Shown: in pieces, positions 21,039-29,461 of the stretch
Position numbering within the stretch: position 1 is the stretch's first letter
Layout: every line of letters starts with the position of its first letter
From: an uncultured bacterium
GTDB taxonomy: Bacteria; Babelota; Babeliae; Babelales; Vermiphilaceae
DNA length: 64,000 nucleotides
Direction of reading: 5' to 3'
Assembly (NCBI GenBank): GCA_963713925.1
Contig: OY970212.1
Location: 640,001-704,000 of the forward strand
The notes under the pieces: generated by a model
Databases searched by the model: none
What the model saw: only the letters and a program-made list of their open reading frames with translations
Told to the model about the DNA's origin: nothing
Position numbers and translations under genes: made by a program

Positions 21039-21977
21039 TTACAAGTCTAATGTGTGCGGCAATAGAACAGTATGTCCATCAGTCGATTGATGAAGTGGCA
21101 TGATTTCGTGGTCACCTGCAGCTTGATATAAGCGCTCATACGCATATTTCAACACGCGAGCACGAGCCGTTTCAACGGCTCTCCAGACAGCATTGCTTGC
21201 ACATTGCGTGTTATACAACAATGACCAATGAGAATCACTCGCTTTGACATAATTGATATCAGCTTTGACGAATGTATCGAAAGCAATGATTGGCAATTTT
21301 TCGCGGATGGTTTCAAGTAAGGAACGATTAACCGGTTCTTCCGTATGTTCTGTGCTATCAAGTTCGTCGATATCGATTTCGGCTAGCTCATCACCCAGGC
21401 GAGTCACCCCTTTAAATATCCAATTGAGGCTTGAACATTCTTCTATGAGCGCTTTTACGTCAGTGAGCGCAGCAGTAATTTGAACGCGCGTTTCTGCCTT
21501 GACCGCTTCAAGAAATGTTTGAATGGTTTTATTTTTAATGCAGTGTGCGGTGAAGATGCGTGTTGAGAGGGCGTCATAATCATCAAGAATTTTTTCATAC
21601 TGTTCAAGAGTTTGATGCGTTTGTTCTGATAGATGAGTCAGTTTCTGCAAGGCATCGGCATGGGGGGCAGACTTTGAGGGATTTCTTCGTCGATGCGTTA
21701 TAATTTGCCAGCTTTTCCAACTTGCATCCAACAGCTCAAGAGTTGCTTTTTGGGCATGTATCGTGCCCATCGATCGTTGGTACCCGGCATGGAGCCAGTT
21801 GAGTGCATATGAAATATCGTCAGGATTAATGTCATCCGAGAGTCCAATGTCATCGGTCATTCGGTCAAAGAGTGGAAAGTTTGCGTATGCATTGTGCACA
21901 AGGCATAAAAGGGATATCGAAAAAGTATTGAATAAAAATTGTTTCATTGCATTCCTATTGAAAAATGGTGGTCTCAA
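21039..21977 (-). CDS. Secreted hypothetical protein
   Basis: 312-aa ORF with a signal peptide from MKQFLF. Confidence 0.65.
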   Translation of the reverse strand: MRPPFFNRNAMKQFLFNTFSISLLCLVHNAYANFPLFDRMTDDIGLSDDINPDDISYALNWLHAGYQRSMGTIHAQKATLELLDASWKSWQIITHRRRNPSKSAPHADALQKLTHLSEQTHQTLEQYEKILDDYDALSTRIFTAHCIKNKTIQTFLEAVKAETRVQITAALTDVKALIEECSSLNWIFKGVTRLGDELAEIDIDELDSTEHTEEPVNRSLLETIREKLPIIAFDTFVKADINYVKASDSHWSLLYNTQCASNAVWRAVETARARVLKYAYERLYQAAGDHEIMPLHQSTDGHTVLLPHTLDL

Positions 21978-22207
21978 AGCCGTAGGCTCAATATACCTTT
22001 TTTACAAAAAAAGATGCAATAACGATTTTAAACTTGATGAACGAAATAGTGGATTGAAATGTTGAAATGGCTTTTAAAAATGGCCGTGCCAGGCGTAGCT
22101 TCCAGCCGCCGCTCTTTCGAGCTATGGCGGACACGTGCCGAGCCAAAATTGGGCCCCAAGTGAAGCAATGCGTAACTTGGGTAAATAAGGCCCGGATAAG
22201 CGTAGAC

Positions 22208-22283
22208 TGGTCGGGGCGGCCAGACTCGAACTGGCAACCCCTCGCTCCCAAAGCGAGTGCGCTACCAATTGCGCCACGCCCCG
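22208..22283 (-). tRNA. tRNA-Pro(TGG)
   Basis: CGGGGCG...CGCCCCGACCA; anticodon arm CTCGC-TTTGGGA-GCGAG. Confidence 0.96.
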
Positions 22284-22502
22284 AAAATATACCCCACGCT
22301 CCGCGCGGGGACCCCGAAATACACCTATGCTACCCGCCTTCGCCTTTTGGCTATTGCGGGACAGGCTATTTGGGATTCCGACCAAATTATGATATTTCAA
22401 ATTTTTGACCGACATCTGAATTGCGTAAGTAAACTGATGCCGTATAAAGTTGTATAAAATTTATATGTTTTTTTGCGTGCTTGCAAGTCTTTTTTTAACG
22501 CT

Positions 22503-22883
22503 TTACCCGACAACCGTATACTCATCTTCGTGATGACACTGCTTTTTTGAACGTTTGTTGAAAATCGAAAGCCCATGAAAGAGTAAGGCATAAATGCCGA
22601 CAAATGAGGTGACCCCAATAAAGGCCGCAAGTTTCGGATTTTTTTGTGTAAAAGCAGAGATGTTTTGCGCTGATGGATTCTTTTTCAAGAAGGTGCAGAG
22701 ATCTGTATATGCTTTTATAATATCATCCGGAACAGTGAGGTTAAAAAGGGGAAGTCTGTATGATCGATTTGATAAAGCATTTTCAAGCATTTTATTGACC
22801 TCAATGGGTGACGATGTATTGGTGGAAGCATTGAGGCTGGTGATGGTAACTAAAAAAAACGTCATTTTCAGAAGGGTAAACAT
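22503..22883 (-). CDS. Hypothetical secreted/membrane protein
   Basis: Signal peptide and a C-terminal TM segment. Confidence 0.6.
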   Translation of the reverse strand: MFTLLKMTFFLVTITSLNASTNTSSPIEVNKMLENALSNRSYRLPLFNLTVPDDIIKAYTDLCTFLKKNPSAQNISAFTQKNPKLAAFIGVTSFVGIYALLFHGLSIFNKRSKKQCHHEDEYTVVG

Positions 22884-22995
22884 AGCTTATTCTCAATTAA
22901 AGGGATTAATAGCTTACTATATAAAACATAGCCGGTTTTGGAATAAGTGTAAAAAAAAAGACACCCGAAAGTCGGGTGTCCCAGAATTGATGAAG

Positions 22996-24087
22996 TTACT
23001 TTCGTTTGACTGAAGCTGCGCCGGATTTCTCAATAAAATTGCGAGCATTTCCAGAATAACGTACTGAGCTACATCCAGATGCATCTCCCGTGATATTTTT
23101 TTCTGCATTTATGAGCACTTCTGATGCCCCGGATGCATCGACTGATGTGAAATCAGTTTTCAATGCATGAGCGTCGAGTTTGCTGGCGCCGGATGATTCA
23201 TTTTTGTGGCTTTCAACTAGTCCGTCTACTTTTATATCACTTGCACCAGAAATATGAGTTTTCAAAGTCATTGCTAATATATTTTTAATTCGCATCTTCG
23301 AGGCGCCATCTGAAACAACTGTAACACGATTGGTTTTTTCTCCGGTATGATCAGAACTAATGTGTGAAGCTCCGGAACTTATGATTCGGGCATCCTGAGA
23401 AAATCGATTGTTTAAAAGAGCCTCAATGCGAGAGCTGCCACGAGCCGAAAGCTTTTTTATTTCAGAATTGCTGATGACCACATTTGATTGGCCTTCAGAA
23501 GAAAATACATTTTTTGTTGAGAGGCGAGCGAGTATTTTGCACGGAGTTGTTGTGAAATTGCTGCTGTAGATTCCCTCAGGCATATCAAAGGTTAGTTTGC
23601 CGTCTATATTTGAGAATGTAAAAATATCTTTTACGCCCTCGTCGCAAATAACTTCGCCAGTATGGGCGGGATCCAGATGAACGTGGGCAACTGTAGATGG
23701 AACGTCTGCAGAAGTGACTTCCGGATTTATTTTTGTTGAAAATGTCTTGCCAGTTTGTTTTATGGACTTGATATCTGATTCGTTAACTTTTTTGTTATTG
23801 ACGTATGGCTGTCCATTAATAAAGTTTATGTTTTTTCCACGAGCAAAATATTGCTTGCCATTGATGGTAACAAAGCTAATTCCTTGCCCATAAAAGCTGG
23901 CGCTTGAATTTACCATATTGTTGCCAAACATAGTTTGTGTTATGGTTGACCCATTGCCAAAGGTGGCGGAAAATTGAACATTGTTATGGCCGTCAGAACT
24001 TCCAAACCAACCAAAGGCGGATTGTGTCAATAACAGACCTGTTAAAGCAGGGATAAACATCTTCTTTGAGAACATACTGAACTCCAT
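22996..24087 (-). CDS. DUF2807/GIN-domain beta-helix protein (putative adhesin head)
   Basis: Repeated SGAS.I motifs and the G.ASG.SSVRYSGN terminus. Confidence 0.8.
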   Translation of the reverse strand: MEFSMFSKKMFIPALTGLLLTQSAFGWFGSSDGHNNVQFSATFGNGSTITQTMFGNNMVNSSASFYGQGISFVTINGKQYFARGKNINFINGQPYVNNKKVNESDIKSIKQTGKTFSTKINPEVTSADVPSTVAHVHLDPAHTGEVICDEGVKDIFTFSNIDGKLTFDMPEGIYSSNFTTTPCKILARLSTKNVFSSEGQSNVVISNSEIKKLSARGSSRIEALLNNRFSQDARIISSGASHISSDHTGEKTNRVTVVSDGASKMRIKNILAMTLKTHISGASDIKVDGLVESHKNESSGASKLDAHALKTDFTSVDASGASEVLINAEKNITGDASGCSSVRYSGNARNFIEKSGAASVKRK

Positions 24088-24175
24088 TAAAATATTGATT
24101 TTTTCTCTATATAATAGAGCATATCAGAAATAAAAAAAGTGTCAATTTGAATAATCTTCAGGTTGGGTAGATGTT

Positions 24176-24565
24176 TTACACAATATGTAGAGCGGAACAA
24201 AGGACATGAATAGAAAGGGTGAGCTCGGGAGTCGCTCCTGGATGGGTCTCAAAGGCCATCGAAGATTGATGTCCCTGACCTTTGCCAATGATGGTTACGG
24301 AACTGGCGGTTGATTTGATAATGATTTTGGTTGGTGTGTTGGGAGAAAGTTTGAAACTCACATCACTGAAATATGCATGATACACATGTGTGCCGCGGAA
24401 TCGATCGGTATCGATATAGGCCATGGTGAATGCAGCTGAATTGTCATTCGGATTTGATCGGATAAATCGCCTGTAGAGCCAGACAAGCACAAGCGCAAGA
24501 CCGGCAATAATAAAAAGAGGAATAATGATAAGGCTTAGTTTCATACGAAAATCCAAGTCGGTCAT
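24176..24565 (-). CDS. Hypothetical membrane-anchored protein
   Basis: ORF downstream of tRNA-His with an N-terminal TM helix; start uncertain. Confidence 0.5.
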   Translation of the reverse strand: MTDLDFRMKLSLIIIPLFIIAGLALVLVWLYRRFIRSNPNDNSAAFTMAYIDTDRFRGTHVYHAYFSDVSFKLSPNTPTKIIIKSTASSVTIIGKGQGHQSSMAFETHPGATPELTLSIHVLCSALHIV

Positions 24566-24576
24566 GAAATATATTT

Positions 24577-24653
24577 TGGGGTGAGCGATGGGGCTCGAAC
24601 CCACGACCCTCAGAGCCACAACCTGATGCTCTACCAACTGAGCTACGCTCACC
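24577..24653 (-). tRNA. tRNA-His(GTG)
   Basis: G-1 GTGAGCG...CGCTCACCCCA; anticodon GTG. Confidence 0.96.
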
Positions 24654-24851
24654 ACACCAAATATTTGAACCCAAGCGAATGCTAGAGGTTTAATTGTGAT
24701 GATAGTATACGCATTTTAGATAAAAAATCAAAACGATTTTTTGAGAATTTTGCGTTGCAAAGAGGATTATTAATAAAAAGCCCTATTTGTGATTTTTTTA
24801 AAATACTGTAGCATCGGTGGTAACAACATTCTTTTATATGTGGAGTTATCT

Positions 24852-25553
24852 ATGAACTCATTCCTACGATATATATCAATAGTGCTGCTTTGTGCCGGAA
24901 CGACCGGCGTGCAAGCGCGAGCGAAAAGAAACATTCAATGGCCAACAATGAGCTATCATGCAAACCAAGAAGGAATGGTTGTTGATGCGCGAGTGCTTGG
25001 CAAGCAAGAGGCCAACGACCTTTTTGACAATCGCGGATACAAACTCCTTGGCAGAAAGCCCATTATTCCAATCGAAATTTCGATCACCAATAGTTCTGAA
25101 ACGCCGCGCATTATTAAGACTATTGCAACCCCATTCGCACTAATTGATCAACAATTGATTGCAGATCGCCTGCACAGACAAAGCTACACCAAGGTCGTTT
25201 TATGGGCATTGGCCGGGGGGCTTGCCGGCATAGTTGGCGGAGCTGTTTTTGGGTCAATGGGCGTATTTGCACTGACAACTGGGTTGTACGGCTATATTGG
25301 AATGGAAGTGCTGCCAGTGATATTGGTCGGCGGATTTGCAGGAGCATTTACCGGATATCCGATCGGATCATATCTATTGGCCCGAAGTGAATATGATGCT
25401 CAGTTGTTCAATAATAAAGCGATCAAAAAACAGCTTGTTTGCAAAATGGTTGATACTGAAATCGTCATCAAGCCGGGGCGCACTTATAGTGGCTATCTTT
25501 TTACCAAAGATTACGATGCTCTTATGAAGGATTTTTCGATTAGTGTGGCATAA
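24852..25553 (+). CDS. Secreted protein with a Gly-rich hydrophobic hairpin
   Basis: Signal peptide and GxxxG-rich hydrophobic stretch; paralog of 25586-26251. Confidence 0.7.
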   Translation: MNSFLRYISIVLLCAGTTGVQARAKRNIQWPTMSYHANQEGMVVDARVLGKQEANDLFDNRGYKLLGRKPIIPIEISITNSSETPRIIKTIATPFALIDQQLIADRLHRQSYTKVVLWALAGGLAGIVGGAVFGSMGVFALTTGLYGYIGMEVLPVILVGGFAGAFTGYPIGSYLLARSEYDAQLFNNKAIKKQLVCKMVDTEIVIKPGRTYSGYLFTKDYDALMKDFSISVA

Positions 25554-25585
25554 ATTTTTCATCCTATGATCATGAAGGGAATACT

Positions 25586-26251
25586 ATGGATACATGCATA
25601 CGTATTGTTTTCTTAGCATTAGTAGGGGTGAGTAGTGTGCAAGCGGCGCGAGCAAAAAAAATTGTATGGCCGACAACAACATATCATGCCGTTGATAGAG
25701 ATATTTCCATTGACGCGCGTGTGCTCAGCAAAGAAGAAACGAAAGAACTTTTTAATGGCAAAGGGCGCAAACTTTTGGGCAGCAAACCGATTATGCCGAT
25801 TGAAGTAGTTCTTACCAATCAGTCAGATGAAACTCGAACAATAAACAACATAGTGTCGCCGTGCACATTAGTAACTGATCATCAGCTTCAAAGCCGTTTG
25901 CGCAGCAGCGTTTTAAAATCGATTGCTTCCGGCTTGTTGAATTTCACCGTGATCGGCATTTCAGGTGTAGCTCTCGGCTGCGTGGGGGGTCTTGTTGGCG
26001 GGCTTGCTGCATGGGGACTGTCGACATGTCCATGTCCGTGCGGCGCGATTTTTGGTATTACGGCCGGAGCGCCGATCGGATTCGTGAGCGGAGTTGTTGT
26101 GAGTTCGCATTATCTATTTAGGTCGGGATCAGAGGATGAGACGCAAGAACAGGATCCGATTATCTTACAACCAGGTGAGCGATATACGTGTCTGTTGTTC
26201 TCCAAAGATTACGATGCTCTTGTGAATGATTTTTCGATTACACTTGCTTAA
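25586..26251 (+). CDS. Tandem paralog of 24852-25553
   Basis: Shared DARVL.K.E...LF...G.KLLG.KPI.PIE and F.KDYDAL..DFSI. Confidence 0.7.
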   Translation: MDTCIRIVFLALVGVSSVQAARAKKIVWPTTTYHAVDRDISIDARVLSKEETKELFNGKGRKLLGSKPIMPIEVVLTNQSDETRTINNIVSPCTLVTDHQLQSRLRSSVLKSIASGLLNFTVIGISGVALGCVGGLVGGLAAWGLSTCPCPCGAIFGITAGAPIGFVSGVVVSSHYLFRSGSEDETQEQDPIILQPGERYTCLLFSKDYDALVNDFSITLA

Positions 26252-26267
26252 ATTATCAGGAATACAT

Positions 26268-26699
26268 ATGAAATACATTTTATTATGTTCATTTTTAGCA
26301 ACCGCTTGCGGTGCTAATGATTTGCACCTTGAGAAATTTGAATCGCTGAGCGCAAAATATCAACCGGGAGCGAGCACAGACCGCATTATGAACGGACATT
26401 CACATGAAACAACGCATCAAGATTTGTTTCATGACGCATTGGCGCACGTTGCAAATGGGAACCATACACATCATATACCGGCGCATGATTCATTGGACGG
26501 AACAAGCTCATTGCAACTACAGATAGCGACAGTTGCACTATTGGGCATTATTGCCTATATGTTGAAAGTGCTGCATCAAAAAGGGTATCGTTGCAACACA
26601 GATACTGTTGTTGCATACCTCAAACGATGCGGTGTTACCATCAAAGACAGTGACGTTCAATATGATTTGATTAAACGTTATATGAAAAATGTACAATAA
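26268..26699 (+). CDS. His-rich hypothetical membrane protein
   Basis: AGGA RBS, signal-like N-terminus and a TM helix. Confidence 0.6.
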   Translation: MKYILLCSFLATACGANDLHLEKFESLSAKYQPGASTDRIMNGHSHETTHQDLFHDALAHVANGNHTHHIPAHDSLDGTSSLQLQIATVALLGIIAYMLKVLHQKGYRCNTDTVVAYLKRCGVTIKDSDVQYDLIKRYMKNVQ

Positions 26700-26776
26700 A
26701 CCTCAATCTACGTAATCTGATGGCTAGAAAATAGATATTTTTTGAAAAAGGTGCTTGATTGTTTGTCGGAGTTTTT

Positions 26777-27691
26777 ATGAAAATACGATTCTTTCTTCCG
26801 GTGATTATAGCTTGTTTTGTTCTCTGTTATGCCCAAACGGCAGTTGCTGGAGAGCAGTCAAGAACCTGGTCTGAATATTTGTATAAAAATTTTAACCTCT
26901 TTAGATCGATCGCTTTGTTTCACGTCAGCAGGTTGTATAATCGCTATTGGTATGGCAATGCATTTACGCATCATCGAATTGCCGGCGATATGATTTCAGA
27001 AAGTGAGTTGGGAAAATTCTTGATTGAGTTTGATGCATCAGGAAATATCACAAAAATTCAAGATTCAAAACAATCTTCGCCCATCATTTTATCAAGTATT
27101 CCAACTTCACAGGATGATATAACAGCACTGAAAAAAGCATATTGCCCAAATAATCCAGCGGTACAGATTGATATCTACACCTTAAATCGTGATTTTGAAA
27201 TCAACTGGGCCGGACTAAACCTTCTTTTGCAACAAAATCCAGCTATCAGGCAACGTCGCTACCCGACGATCGATTATAGCGCCCCATCACTTATCAATAT
27301 CATGCGCTATGTTGATCATATGATAACTCGCGATGAGAATTCTATAGCGGTCACGCATTGCAAAGCCGGTCGCGGCCGCAGTGCATGCGTGAAAGCCGCC
27401 TATTTGCTTACACAAGCTCATGAAGCCCGTTATACTGTAAAGGTTTCTATTGATGAAAATGATTCTGCTGAAGTGGTTTCTATTGATAAAATTGAAAACT
27501 ATATGAAAACAAAACGGCCACAAGTCTCTTTCAACAGAGGACATAAAGCAGGTCTTGCTCAATTTGTGAATGAGCTCAAAAAAGCCAAATCATTTAAGAC
27601 TCACCTGGAAAACTATGAAAAAATCATAACCGCGCGAGAAAAGATATATGGCGCATGGGCTCGACCCGATCTTGTAAAAAAGCTCCAGTAA
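26777..27691 (+). CDS. Secreted dual-specificity/PTP-family phosphatase
   Basis: HCKAGRGRSA CX5R loop, PTIDY acid loop and a signal peptide. Confidence 0.85.
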   Translation: MKIRFFLPVIIACFVLCYAQTAVAGEQSRTWSEYLYKNFNLFRSIALFHVSRLYNRYWYGNAFTHHRIAGDMISESELGKFLIEFDASGNITKIQDSKQSSPIILSSIPTSQDDITALKKAYCPNNPAVQIDIYTLNRDFEINWAGLNLLLQQNPAIRQRRYPTIDYSAPSLINIMRYVDHMITRDENSIAVTHCKAGRGRSACVKAAYLLTQAHEARYTVKVSIDENDSAEVVSIDKIENYMKTKRPQVSFNRGHKAGLAQFVNELKKAKSFKTHLENYEKIITAREKIYGAWARPDLVKKLQ

Positions 27692-27815
27692 TTCGGGGTT
27701 ATTCTTCGAAAAATGCCCATATTTTACATCCTCGGCCACCCCCCCTTTTTTTGCTTATTGACAAATTGAAATGTTTTGATATGCTATTTAGACAAGTACT
27801 TAAATGGAGTCTTTT

Positions 27816-28556
27816 ATGAAAAAAGTAATTAAATATATCTCAATGCTGGCCATAACAGCCTTTTCATCGCTTTTACCGGTCGATATAGGCAATTTCAGGT
27901 ATATATCAAATAAATATCGCACCTATTTTCCGGGCAAACAATTATCAGTGCAAAGCCAAGATTCTTCTTTAGATAAGACTGCGTGGAATGTTATCAAAGC
28001 ACATTGGCCAATACTAACCCAAGCAACCCTCATTGCTGCTGGATCTGCGGTAGGTTATGTGGCGCCAAAATACGACAATGTTTCACGATTGACAGGAATT
28101 TTTTTGGGTGGAGGTATAGCTCTCTTCTCTTCAGATCCTAAACGTAAACAATATCGTCTTGATTACAAACGATACTCGAAAATACACTCGGAACAAGTAG
28201 AAAAAATACGTTTTTTAGATTTAAAAAAGATCCAAGAGCGGGTTGTTCAAAAAAGAGGACAAGCAGCGTATGAAAAAGAGTTACGCGACTACAAGTCGAC
28301 ATTGGAAGAATATGACGTGTTGAGTAGATATCCAAAGAAAAAAAATGTTGAACGATTTTCGACATATAATGGAATTGGAGCATTTGCCTTATTTGCCGGA
28401 TCGCTTTTTAGAGAATGGTATAGCAAAATATATATAGTTCATAGCACCATTTTTTATGGCGGAAGTCAAAGCAAAAGAGAGGCTTTGGAAGCAACAGCTA
28501 ACAATTACAGAGCCTTTATCAATACCGACGCTAATTATCGTCACGCAGAAAGATAA
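27816..28556 (+). CDS. Secreted hypothetical protein with hydrophobic segments
   Basis: N-terminal block shared with 28578-29327. Confidence 0.7.
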   Translation: MKKVIKYISMLAITAFSSLLPVDIGNFRYISNKYRTYFPGKQLSVQSQDSSLDKTAWNVIKAHWPILTQATLIAAGSAVGYVAPKYDNVSRLTGIFLGGGIALFSSDPKRKQYRLDYKRYSKIHSEQVEKIRFLDLKKIQERVVQKRGQAAYEKELRDYKSTLEEYDVLSRYPKKKNVERFSTYNGIGAFALFAGSLFREWYSKIYIVHSTIFYGGSQSKREALEATANNYRAFINTDANYRHAER

Positions 28557-28577
28557 TACAGTACAAATGGAGTTTTT

Positions 28578-29327
28578 ATGAAAAAGACAATTTTTATATC
28601 ATTATTGGGTTCAATGTTCAGCCTTTTATCAGTCGACGTGGGCAATTTCAGATATATATCAAATAAATATCGCCCCTATTTTCCGGGCAAACAATTATCA
28701 GTGCAAAGCCAAACGTTAACTCAAAATAAAACCGATTGGTGCGGAGTGCAAACAGGAATTTTGGCAGCTGGTGCTGCAGTAGCAACCATGGTGCCGACGG
28801 ACTATCAAGGCTATGTGCGATCAGCAGCTATTACAGCCGGAGCAGTTGCCGGTTTGGGTGGGATGATCATCAGTGGAAAAAATGAAGATAAGCTCTACAG
28901 CCTGGAACATAAAAGATATTCTCGTACTCACCAACAGTTCGTTCAAAAACTTCTTAATCCAAATAAAGAAAAGGAGTTTGAACGGATGACTCAGCTTCTA
29001 AATTGGAATGAAGCGGTTGTTGAAGAATACGATCTCATAAGCAGATATCCAAAAAAAGAAATGCCAGCTTTACATGATCATATGAAGACAAGAGAATCTC
29101 ATGCGATCAATAGTCTTTTGATTACAGCAGCTTCGATTGCGTGGGGAGTTTGGGAAGTAAGTAAAAGACATCAGGGACGGCTAGCCGCAATCCAAGAAAG
29201 TGATGATGCAGAAGTGAGAAGGATGAACAATAGGCGTGCTTCTTTTCAAAATGCGGCGGGCAACATGCAACACCAAAATCCTCAGTTGCCTCAAAATCCA
29301 CCAAACCAACCACAAGGCAATAATTAA
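28578..29327 (+). CDS. Tandem paralog of 27816-28556 with a Q/N/P-rich tail
   Basis: VD.GNFRYISNKYR.YFPGKQLSVQSQ and EEYD..SRYPKK shared. Confidence 0.7.
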   Translation: MKKTIFISLLGSMFSLLSVDVGNFRYISNKYRPYFPGKQLSVQSQTLTQNKTDWCGVQTGILAAGAAVATMVPTDYQGYVRSAAITAGAVAGLGGMIISGKNEDKLYSLEHKRYSRTHQQFVQKLLNPNKEKEFERMTQLLNWNEAVVEEYDLISRYPKKEMPALHDHMKTRESHAINSLLITAASIAWGVWEVSKRHQGRLAAIQESDDAEVRRMNNRRASFQNAAGNMQHQNPQLPQNPPNQPQGNN

Positions 29328-29461
29328 TCGCCAAGTGTTTGATTTCTATTTGTAATATATAAACCTTTAAAAAATATCAATTTCTGTCATACTTAGATAA
29401 AACCTTCAATTATTAGGGTTCCCGATCCTTAGATTGGGATGTAATCAATGGGGCATGCCAT

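Noticed and set aside
21988..22457. Several overlapping short ORFs
   Set aside because: They overlap tRNA-Pro and GC-rich palindromic repeats. Their similarity to the 15003 ORF N-terminus comes from shared repeat DNA.
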